Source: Candidatus Woesearchaeota archaeon (GTDB lineage Archaea > Nanobdellota > Nanobdellia > Woesearchaeales > GW2011-AR9). From it: a DNA stretch of 64,000 nucleotides. The notes under the pieces are model-generated. The model was given only the letters and a program-made list of their open reading frames with translations, was not told where the DNA came from and ran no database searches. The translations under genes and the position numbers were made by a program. Where the stretch lies: NCBI GenBank assembly GCA_016179955.1, contig JACPCD010000005.1:10323-74322 (forward strand). Reading direction: 5' to 3'. Shown here piece by piece: positions 8,900 through 16,584 of the stretch (positions within the stretch are counted from its first letter, which is position 1; each line of letters starts with the position of its first letter).

Positions 8900-10438
8900 A
8901 TGAGTAAAAGTTCGCTTCCGATAATTAATACTGGACCCGAAGAAGATTGTTTCAATTCGTCCCCACGACGACTCTCTAAAGTACCAATGACGCCTGCCCT
9001 AGAAACTTTGCTTAATCCCCATTTACATAACAAAGAAGCTATTTTTACAAGCCCCATAAGACCGCCCGCGGAGGGTGAGAAAATATACCATCTTTCAGAG
9101 GAACAGATTAAAGCACTAAGGGATTTGAGAGGAAACACTATTGATCTTCATCCCGGCATGGGCGGGATTGCCCCCCATAAACTTATTGACATGATTAAGC
9201 AAGGAAAACCGCTAACTTCTTTAGATTATATGATCACCAGAGGATGTAATTTTGAATGCACTTGGTGTTTCGCTGGGTCTGATCCTTATCAAAGAGATTA
9301 TCTTCCTTTTAACGTTCTTGAATCATTAACCACAGAAGCTGCGGATATAGGAGTAAGTTTATTTGTTCTCACTGGTGGGGAACCGTTGGTATATAAAGAC
9401 CCCGCTCTAGGAAAACAAAAGGAGCGAGGGGACCATTTTTTTAGAATTGTTCAAATGATCAGAGATACTTATAATAGAAAGGATAATCCGGCAAAGATCC
9501 TTACCTTTGATGATGTAGCCTTAATCACGCCGAAAATTGCCAAAAATTTCGCTGATTTTGAGGTTGGCTTATGTACAAAAGGCGATACTTTAAACCCGGA
9601 ATTGCAAGATTTTAAAGTCAATCAATCAGGAGCATTTAAAAAAATGCAACAGGGATACGAAAACCTGATGCATGTTGGATATGGTAAAAATCCAAAATTA
9701 CGCTTGGTTGTTAATTCAGTTCTGGACCACACCACTTTTGATGGAATAATCGATCTTCACCTGTGGGTCATGAAAAATGGATTTGATCACTCGATTGTTC
9801 CAGTACACTATTGCGGCAATGCTGAAAATGAGGATCAGGAGGCAGGAATACATTCTCCGCATGTAAAAGTCCTCTATGATTTAATCACCAGAATTGATGC
9901 TGCATATTTTGGTGTAAAATGGGAAGCTTGGTCTGCGTTTACGTACAATAAAACCTGTAACCGGAATAGATCGGGGTTGCACATCAGGGCCGATGGAGAC
10001 GTTACCGCGTGTTCAGAATCCCCAGGGAGATCTGAAACCAATAAATATACTTTTGGTAATGTTTTATCCGATAAAAATTTTTCACTTAGAACGCTAGCTA
10101 ATAGCCAACAATTAGCTGCTTACCGGGAAGAATTTGCTAAAGGACATGGCACCTATGTCTGCTCCCCAAAAGTATGTGATTTGTATGCTAATGATTTATG
10201 TCAGGGCGGTTGCGCAACTCGATCAGCGTATTCAAAAATTGATTATGAAACTGGTCTGATTGTAAAAAACGATAACCCCCATAGTTATAGTGAATTTAGG
10301 GAAGACCCTTTATGTCCTGCTTGGACCGTTCTTGCTGAACGCCAGGGCGTTCTTAAAAAAAGTTTACTGAGAGAAATTCATGATCGGCTACTTTCCAACA
10401 GTCAAAGTATAGAAGCGAGAGAATTCCCTTTTTCTTAA
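8900..10438 (+). CDS. Radical SAM enzyme with C-terminal Cys-rich SPASM/twitch-like domain; substrate unknown
   Basis: CNFECTWC (C116-x3-C120-x2-C123) plus the GGEPL glycine motif. C-terminal CSPKVCDLYANDLCQGGCATRS. About 100-aa N-terminal extension with no motif I recognise. Confidence 0.8.
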   Translation: MSKSSLPIINTGPEEDCFNSSPRRLSKVPMTPALETLLNPHLHNKEAIFTSPIRPPAEGEKIYHLSEEQIKALRDLRGNTIDLHPGMGGIAPHKLIDMIKQGKPLTSLDYMITRGCNFECTWCFAGSDPYQRDYLPFNVLESLTTEAADIGVSLFVLTGGEPLVYKDPALGKQKERGDHFFRIVQMIRDTYNRKDNPAKILTFDDVALITPKIAKNFADFEVGLCTKGDTLNPELQDFKVNQSGAFKKMQQGYENLMHVGYGKNPKLRLVVNSVLDHTTFDGIIDLHLWVMKNGFDHSIVPVHYCGNAENEDQEAGIHSPHVKVLYDLITRIDAAYFGVKWEAWSAFTYNKTCNRNRSGLHIRADGDVTACSESPGRSETNKYTFGNVLSDKNFSLRTLANSQQLAAYREEFAKGHGTYVCSPKVCDLYANDLCQGGCATRSAYSKIDYETGLIVKNDNPHSYSEFREDPLCPAWTVLAERQGVLKKSLLREIHDRLLSNSQSIEAREFPFS

Positions 10439-10515
10439 GGTTAGATCTCCATTTGTAATTCCATTGAAGCCGTAAAAATATTTTTGAAGATATATCTTTA
10501 TTAAGTTTATTATAC

Positions 10516-10555
10516 CAAAAGACATAATTATTTATACAATTTGTTATGTCTTTTG
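10516..10555. terminator. Hairpin 1 in a convergent intergenic region (12-bp perfect stem CAAAAGACATAA/TTATGTCTTTTG, 16-nt loop)
   Basis: Arms at 10516-10527 and 10544-10555, paired by hand. Confidence 0.35.
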
Positions 10556-10561
10556 TATATA

Positions 10562-10599
10562 CAAATGGCGTAAATTTGTATAACAATTTACGTCATTTG
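10562..10599. terminator. Hairpin 2 (15-bp stem with one G-U, 8-nt loop TGTATAAC)
   Basis: Arms at 10562-10576 (CAAATGGCGTAAATT) and 10585-10599 (AATTTACGTCATTTG). Confidence 0.35.
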
Positions 10600-10631
10600 G
10601 TATAGGTAGGGAATTACCACTTAGTAAAGGA

Positions 10632-11999
10632 CTAAACCTTATTTCTTCCTTCTTGGTTAAACCAGGGAATCATTTCACCAAAAGCACGGGCAGAATTCTG
10701 TTTCCCTATCAACGAAAGTTCTCGCTGAGGTTCACCCGCAACCCTTCCGCCAATTCTCAAAACTAATAATTTTCCATCCGGTCCGCGAAAATTATGTGGA
10801 ACAAACGGCTTTACATACATAGAGTCGTTTGGCATGATGGATTCGCAATACTCGTGGTCATCAGTGCGCCAGTTAATGTTCACTGGTGAATTTCCCACAT
10901 TATACACATATTGATGCAGGCCGACTTTAAGATCTAGGATGTCTCGGTTTTTATCGGACTGTTTAAGAACTTTCAACTCCAAGGCCCGGGAGTGGGATAG
11001 ATGACTTGTTCTTGCCAATTCCACCAATTTATACGCTGGATCAATACTGGGAAAATCCCATCTCCGGTTAGTTCTATAATAATTGACCAACACTTTCTTT
11101 TGTATATCGTCTGGAGGCAGTAATTCCCGCCGGTCAATATTTAATGCTTCTGCCAGCGCTTCGAGGTCATCAGGTTTTGGTAAAACCGTTCCCAATTCAT
11201 ATTTTTCTAAAAGAGATAAAGAAAGTCCAGTTCTCCGAGTTAATTCCGGATGATCAATACCGGCTGCTTCTCTATGAAACCGTAGCAGAGAAGCAGCTGC
11301 TTTTTCTCGAGTAGAAAAATCCAAGGCATAATCAGCGGCAAGTTCTGGACCTATTGCAGATAATTCTTGTTGTGTTTCTCCGGCAAGCTTATTTCCATAG
11401 GTTAAAGCAAGAATAAGTCCTTTCTCGCCAGCCCTATTCTTGCGGGTGGCAAATGTATGCGGAACAAACGGAGTAATATACATGGAGTCGCCGGTATTCA
11501 TGACCGCAACTTTTTTATCCCCCCTTTCTCCTTTGTAATAAAAATTAACCGGACCGATAAAGTATGTAAATTGATGCAGGAAGTGTCCATTGTTCCATTG
11601 CACTGCCTGATGGTTAGCACTATTGTTATCTACTATGCACAGTTCTTTGATCCATTCCGGCCGAAATTGGCCGACCGTGCTGGCAACTGTATCGCGATAT
11701 TCATAATACGGCTGGCCGGCACGTTTCATAACCCGGCTAGTTTTGGCGGATTCTTTCGCTCGCATGATTTTAACACCGATTGGACAATCATCGTTGACAC
11801 AATAGAAATCACGTTCGTTGACCGGCCATATCCCTGCTGCTCGCCTTATTAATTCCGCCGGAATCTCTTTCTCACCACTTAAATAATAATTAAGTTCGTC
11901 CACTGGGATCTTAAGGTCAGCTGCTGCATCTTCCGGTCGGCGTTTGAGATCATTCAGAATGCCTAAGAGATTCTGCGCGCTTCTTTTTTTATAGTTCAT
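10632..11999 (-). CDS. mpnS: HEPD/MPnS-family non-heme Fe(II) 2-hydroxyethylphosphonate-cleaving dioxygenase; residue pattern predicts methylphosphonate synthase
   Basis: 455 aa with two (HTH + cupin) repeats. The first cupin has H139, Q143, H181 with F153 and I175. All five sit at a constant -9 offset from the N. maritimus MPnS residues H148, Q152, H190, F162, I184 as I recall them. No Glu at the position of the HEPD Glu ligand (I175 instead). Codons verified on the DNA (CAC 11585-11583, CAA 11573-11571, TTT 11543-11541, ATT 11477-11475, CAT 11459-11457). Confidence 0.65.
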   Translation of the reverse strand: MNYKKRSAQNLLGILNDLKRRPEDAAADLKIPVDELNYYLSGEKEIPAELIRRAAGIWPVNERDFYCVNDDCPIGVKIMRAKESAKTSRVMKRAGQPYYEYRDTVASTVGQFRPEWIKELCIVDNNSANHQAVQWNNGHFLHQFTYFIGPVNFYYKGERGDKKVAVMNTGDSMYITPFVPHTFATRKNRAGEKGLILALTYGNKLAGETQQELSAIGPELAADYALDFSTREKAAASLLRFHREAAGIDHPELTRRTGLSLSLLEKYELGTVLPKPDDLEALAEALNIDRRELLPPDDIQKKVLVNYYRTNRRWDFPSIDPAYKLVELARTSHLSHSRALELKVLKQSDKNRDILDLKVGLHQYVYNVGNSPVNINWRTDDHEYCESIMPNDSMYVKPFVPHNFRGPDGKLLVLRIGGRVAGEPQRELSLIGKQNSARAFGEMIPWFNQEGRNKV

Positions 12000-12104
12000 T
12001 TTATTCCAGTTGGGGCTACTATGTCAAAAATATGCCACCTGCCTATTTGACCGGTGGACCATGTCCCTCGGTGTGGTTTTCGGCAGCATATTGGGATTGG
12101 AGTC

Positions 12105-13409
12105 TCATTCACCATTTGGTATTAGAGTAATAATTTCTTTAATGGACATGCATTGTTCATTACTTGCTTCATAACTTCGTTTATTCTTTAAAATAGATTC
12201 TGCTGTTTTTACCATAGCAGGATAAGCACTACGCAATAAATGATTAGCATATACAACCATATTAACTCCTGCCGTAATAAGTTCTTCTTCAGTGATTATA
12301 GAATAGGTGCTAGGGACCACGACTAAACTTACTTTAGTCTCAAATTTTTTGTATTCCTTGCAAAACTGTAAAATTTCTTCCGGGTTCTTTTCTTTACTAT
12401 GGATCATTATTCCATCAGCTCCAGCGGCAATGTATGCTTTTGCTCTTTCCAGGGCGTCAGCTAAACCTTTCTTTAGAATTAAACTTTCTATTCTCGCAAT
12501 AATCATAAAATCATCGGAAGCCTGAGACTTTTTCCCTTCTGAAATCTTGCGGCAAAAATTTTCTATTGTATCCTGATTTTGCTCTACTTCAGTTTCAAAA
12601 AGAGAATTTCTTTTCGAACCAATTTTATCTTCAATTACCACTGCTGAGACGCCCAATCTTTCCAAGGTTTTTACCGTAAAGCGGAAATGTTCAATTAATC
12701 CTCCGCTGTCAGCATCTACCAGCATTGGTTTAGTAGTTACCTCAAAAATTTCACTTACAGTGTTGCCTATAGAGGTAATATCCACATATTCAATATCTGG
12801 TTTACCTTTAGAAGTAGCATGGGTCAAACTGCTTAACCAAGTGGCATCAAATGTTTTGGGGACATTATCTTCATCTTTCACCATGGTTTTTTCAACAATA
12901 ATCCCGGTTAAACCATTATGGGCTTCTAAGATGCGTATCATGGATTTAGCGTCCAGCAAACGCCGCAGCATATTGCGGCGAATATCGGGGGTAATTCCTC
13001 TTTGTTTAACTTTAGTTATTAGCTGGGTTGAAGAAATCCCCTGAGTATAAAGCGGTTCAACAACTTGGCCGCCCCATTCTTTCATCACCTCTATTACCCT
13101 TTGGCGCTTTTTTGCCTGTATCCCTATTTTCCAGTCATCGCCATGAACAAAATAATCCGGCTTTAATTCTCGTATGGCGGGGATGTAATCGTCATCTTCC
13201 TGCGCATAGACCTTGCTTACCGTGCGTATATTTTCAATAACTTTTTTACGCTGCTCAAAAGTCAATATGGGGAGCCGCTTATAATTAGCAATGGCCCGAT
13301 CGGTCAGAAGCCCCACTGTCACTTCTCCAAGTTTGCTGGCTTCATTAAGAATATTCATATGGCCGTCGTGGAGTAAATCGGCAGCCATGGGAACATATAC
13401 TTTTTTCAT
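12105..13409 (-). CDS. pepM: Fusion of a cytidylyltransferase-like domain (HxGH) and phosphoenolpyruvate phosphomutase
   Basis: N-terminal MAADLLHDGHMNIL (HxGH nucleotidyltransferase motif, ~135 aa). The C-terminal ICL/PEPM fold carries the PepM-diagnostic EDKIGSKRNS (EDK-x5-NS). SD-like GTGAGGT lies 8 nt upstream of the ATG. Confidence 0.85.
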   Translation of the reverse strand: MKKVYVPMAADLLHDGHMNILNEASKLGEVTVGLLTDRAIANYKRLPILTFEQRKKVIENIRTVSKVYAQEDDDYIPAIRELKPDYFVHGDDWKIGIQAKKRQRVIEVMKEWGGQVVEPLYTQGISSTQLITKVKQRGITPDIRRNMLRRLLDAKSMIRILEAHNGLTGIIVEKTMVKDEDNVPKTFDATWLSSLTHATSKGKPDIEYVDITSIGNTVSEIFEVTTKPMLVDADSGGLIEHFRFTVKTLERLGVSAVVIEDKIGSKRNSLFETEVEQNQDTIENFCRKISEGKKSQASDDFMIIARIESLILKKGLADALERAKAYIAAGADGIMIHSKEKNPEEILQFCKEYKKFETKVSLVVVPSTYSIITEEELITAGVNMVVYANHLLRSAYPAMVKTAESILKNKRSYEASNEQCMSIKEIITLIPNGE

Positions 13410-13752
13410 CTTGGTACCTCACTTTTACCTAGTTTTCATCTTGCTTCTGGTTAAAAAATAGTATATAAACTTTCGGGAACAGCAATACCTTTTCTTCTGC
13501 ATTCAACTAAGATAAATAATCAAAGTGTTTATTAAGCGTTTTTATATTTTCATCATATACCACTACCAGCTACCGTGAGATTGTCTGCAGAAAACAATCT
13601 TTATTTCAAAATATTAATAAATACCCCTTTATGTTTGATAACTTGGCTACTCCAGAATGGAAAAAGAAGTAATTATATGTTAAAATGAAAGAAACTATTA
13701 ACATAATTATATAACCAATCTTTGTTACCAGTTCATCCCGTATATTATCAAA

Positions 13753-14802
13753 ATGGAAAATTATAAAATCTCTTTTCTGCAAGAGCAAGATTATGGTAAA
13801 TATGCTTCTTTCCTCAAAGAATGTCCCGAAGCATTATACGAACACGACCTCGCAATTAAAGACTTAGTTGCTAAACACTTTAAATTTAAACCAAGCTATT
13901 TAATTGCGAAAGAAAACGAAAAGATAGCTGGGGTTCTGCCCATCTTTGAAGCTAAAAGTATCCTGGAAGGAACCCGGTTTGTTTCCATTCCTTTTTTCCC
14001 TTTCGGCGGGGTTATTGGCAAGGATATTGACTGCAAAAGGCAGTTGCTGGATAAAGCGAAAGAGCTGGCAGCCAATGCTAAATTCCTCCAGATACGGCAG
14101 CGTGAAGAGCTTCTCCCGGAGTTAGTTCAAGAGATGGTGGTGCAGAAGCCCATCACCAATTTTTTTATTGATCTTAAAAAAGGAGAACCAGAAATGTTTG
14201 CTTCCCTGGATAAAAGCATCCGCTATGACATACGAAAAGCCCAGAAACACCATCTTCCTGTCGTTATTGGCACTACCCCTTTACTTCTGAATGATTTTTA
14301 TACCGTATACTTAAATACGCGGAAGAAGCGGGGAGTTCCTGCCTGGCCGTACGGCTTATTTCAACAGGCCTTGCAGAACTGCAACACAAAAGTCGCAGTA
14401 ACCTATCATCAACAAAAACCAATTGCGGCCAGTTTCCTGTTTATGGATAAAGAAACTATCGAATACGCCTTTGCCGGGACCGATTATCGTTACTCCTGGA
14501 TGTGTCCCTACTATCTTTTAATCTGGGAAATCATTCGTTTTGGTATTCGCAACAATTACAAGACTTTAGAGCTTGGTGGTTCTACCAGAGAGATGAATGA
14601 TGGAAATATGTACCTGTTCAAAGACCAGTGGGCCACCCGAAAAGCGGAGATTCCGTATTACTTCTATGCTGCTGATCCTCAAAATATTCCTTCCCTGCAC
14701 CGTTCCTTTGCTCTCTACCGTTGGTATGGCCGTTTTTGGCGTTTGCTTCCCACGGCAGTGATTAAAAGAATAAGCCCATTCATTATACGCCAGTTTGTGT
14801 AA
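13753..14802 (+). CDS. FemAB-family transferase-like protein, paralog 2
   Basis: Same architecture and C-terminus (...SPFIIRQFV) as the 4563 gene. LELGGSTREMNDGNMYLFKDQWA core. Confidence 0.75.
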   Translation: MENYKISFLQEQDYGKYASFLKECPEALYEHDLAIKDLVAKHFKFKPSYLIAKENEKIAGVLPIFEAKSILEGTRFVSIPFFPFGGVIGKDIDCKRQLLDKAKELAANAKFLQIRQREELLPELVQEMVVQKPITNFFIDLKKGEPEMFASLDKSIRYDIRKAQKHHLPVVIGTTPLLLNDFYTVYLNTRKKRGVPAWPYGLFQQALQNCNTKVAVTYHQQKPIAASFLFMDKETIEYAFAGTDYRYSWMCPYYLLIWEIIRFGIRNNYKTLELGGSTREMNDGNMYLFKDQWATRKAEIPYYFYAADPQNIPSLHRSFALYRWYGRFWRLLPTAVIKRISPFIIRQFV

Positions 14803-14841
14803 CCTCAAACATATAAACTAATACGAAAAAATTAAACCCCC

Positions 14842-15882
14842 ATGAACACCATCCATCGACGACTGGAACGAACCTTGGCTGCCTTTTCCGGGGTCAAGAA
14901 TGCAGTTCTTTTCAGCTCCTGCCGCAATGCTCTGTATACTTTACTTTTAAGTTTACAACTAAAGCCGGGAGATGAAGTAATCATTCAGTCATTCATTTGC
15001 GACAGCCTGACTCAGGCCATCCGTAAAGCTGGAGGGGCCGTTGTTTTTGCGGAAGTGGAACCATCCACACTCAACCTCCATCCACGAGAGATCCAACGAA
15101 AGATAACCCCTCAAACGAAAGCAGTTGTTTTTGTCCACACCTATGGAAATACATCAAATATAAATCAAGTCCAATCTTTATGCCGGAAGAAAAATATTAT
15201 CCTTATTGAAGACATCGCTCATGCTCTTGGTGCTACTTACCGAGGGAAACCCGCCGGTAGTTTTGGTGACTATGCCATTTATAGTTTTACCAAACAGATG
15301 ATCAATGTTGGCGGGGGTGCTCTGCTCAGCAATAAAGACCTTTCTCTCGTGCGTCGATTGCGTGACCAACCGAAAGCTAAAGCAAATTTTTTAGATTATG
15401 GTAAGCGGTTATTTGCCTCCCTATACGAAACCAGGGCTTTCTGGCTCTCCAAACTGATGATTGACTCGGTACGTTCCCGTCAAGATTTAAAGCTTGTTAA
15501 TGCTCTTTCCCCTCACTTCACCTGCAGTACGCTCGAAGCATATCTTGCCTTGCGACAGCTGAAATCCCTCTCACTGCTGATACGTAAGCGGCAGCGGAAT
15601 TATGAGTACCTCGCCAGATTCGTTAAAACTCAACAAGTTGTGAAAAAAGCAAGTTCCAGTTATAATTATCTTTCTTTTCTCTTTCCTAATAGCATCACCA
15701 GAGATCGTGCCTTACAAAAAAACTTTCTTTTTCTCCCCCCCTGGCCCGGAGCGGAAGTTTCCAGCACCCTGTTGTTTGTACCCAACAACCCTTTCTTTTC
15801 CAAGAAAAAGCTTCGTTTGTTAGTGCAGTCATACAATAAAGTTTATAAGCACCCGGCTGCGGGGACTATTCATGGAAAATAA
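14842..15882 (+). CDS. DegT/DnrJ/EryC1-family PLP enzyme (short, divergent), paralog A
   Basis: IEDIAHALGATYRGKPAGSFGDYAIYSFTKQMINVGGG, including the candidate Schiff-base Lys. Paralog of the 57775 gene. Confidence 0.65.
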   Translation: MNTIHRRLERTLAAFSGVKNAVLFSSCRNALYTLLLSLQLKPGDEVIIQSFICDSLTQAIRKAGGAVVFAEVEPSTLNLHPREIQRKITPQTKAVVFVHTYGNTSNINQVQSLCRKKNIILIEDIAHALGATYRGKPAGSFGDYAIYSFTKQMINVGGGALLSNKDLSLVRRLRDQPKAKANFLDYGKRLFASLYETRAFWLSKLMIDSVRSRQDLKLVNALSPHFTCSTLEAYLALRQLKSLSLLIRKRQRNYEYLARFVKTQQVVKKASSSYNYLSFLFPNSITRDRALQKNFLFLPPWPGAEVSSTLLFVPNNPFFSKKKLRLLVQSYNKVYKHPAAGTIHGK

Positions 15883-16225
15883 TACCAAAGCGATTCTGCT
15901 GGCGTTGATCTGCACCGCCATCGTGTCCGTGGCGCAGATATTCCTCAAACAAGGCAGCGACGCATTTTCTCTTTCTTTGGACCAGATCTATAATTACCCG
16001 TTGCTGGCGGGAGTTGTTCTCTATTTTGCCGGGGCGGTCGTTTTAATCTATGCCTTTCGCCTGGGAGAACTTTCAGTTGTCTACCCTGTTATGGCATCAA
16101 GTTACGTGATTGTAACCATTTTATCCAGCATCTATCTGCAGGAGCCCATCATCCCCCAGAAATGGATTGGCATCAGTTTAATCACTTTGGGCGTCATTAT
16201 CATCGGCCGGGGAGGGAAATCATGA
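15872..16225 (+). CDS. Small 4-TM EamA/SMR-like protein (ArnE/ArnF-like flippase subunit candidate)
   Basis: 117 aa with four hydrophobic helices. Paired with a second small subunit via an ATGA overlap. Confidence 0.6.
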   Translation: MENNTKAILLALICTAIVSVAQIFLKQGSDAFSLSLDQIYNYPLLAGVVLYFAGAVVLIYAFRLGELSVVYPVMASSYVIVTILSSIYLQEPIIPQKWIGISLITLGVIIIGRGGKS

Positions 16226-16557
16226 ATCTTCCGTTGGCCGTAACTTTTATTTTTGTGTCTTCCATCTTTGGCGCCTTTAGTACGCTGCTGTTCAAGATGG
16301 GCTCTCTTTTACGCATTAATCTCAAAAATAAAAAAATGATAGGGGCAGTGCTCCTGGCGGGGGTTTCTTTCTTTTTTTATCTCCGTGCCCTGCAGCAAGC
16401 TCCCCTGACATTCATTTACCTTACTGCGTCCATTAGTTATATTTGGGCTATCGTCCTTGCCCGGCTGGTACTTCACGAACGTATAACTAAGTATAAAATT
16501 ATAGGTATAAGTTTGATTTGCCTCGGTATTATCTCACTTTATGTACCCTGGTCGTAG
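16222..16557 (+). CDS. Small 4-TM EamA/SMR-like protein, second subunit
   Basis: Start moved to ATG 16222 (MNLPLAVTF...): ATGA overlap with the upstream stop, and GGGAGGG 5 nt upstream. The track start at 16162 adds a non-hydrophobic His-rich leader in the overlap. Confidence 0.6.
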   Translation: MNLPLAVTFIFVSSIFGAFSTLLFKMGSLLRINLKNKKMIGAVLLAGVSFFFYLRALQQAPLTFIYLTASISYIWAIVLARLVLHERITKYKIIGISLICLGIISLYVPWS

Positions 16558-16584
16558 AATTTAAAGAACGACATACTTATCACT

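Noticed and set aside
10353-10586. 77-aa ORF in the rSAM/mpnS convergent gap
   Set aside because: It overlaps the 3' end of the rSAM gene and runs through the two hairpins. Its composition is AT-driven (K/N/Y/F-rich) and it has no promoter geometry.
10632-11999. Alternative call as HEPD (hydroxymethylphosphonate-forming) or HppE epoxidase
   Set aside because: HppE is a single ~200-aa HTH-cupin, not a 455-aa double repeat. The Glu ligand of Glu-type HEPD is absent (Ile) and the Tyr/Gly gatekeepers of Gln-type HEPD are Phe/Ile here. The MPnS call is kept, but only at moderate confidence, because the comparison is from memory.
13606-13788. 60-aa ORF in the pepM/FemAB divergent region
   Set aside because: It overlaps the start of the FemAB-like gene on the opposite strand, is AT-rich and low-complexity, and has no TATA box at the expected distance.
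14842-15882. DegT-like enzymes as the missing 2-aminoethylphosphonate transaminase
   Set aside because: AEP transaminases belong to a different PLP class (class V/AGAT-like). These ORFs show DegT-type sugar aminotransferase motifs and sit in Arn-like modules. The ADH plus MPnS genes already account for the fate of phosphonoacetaldehyde.
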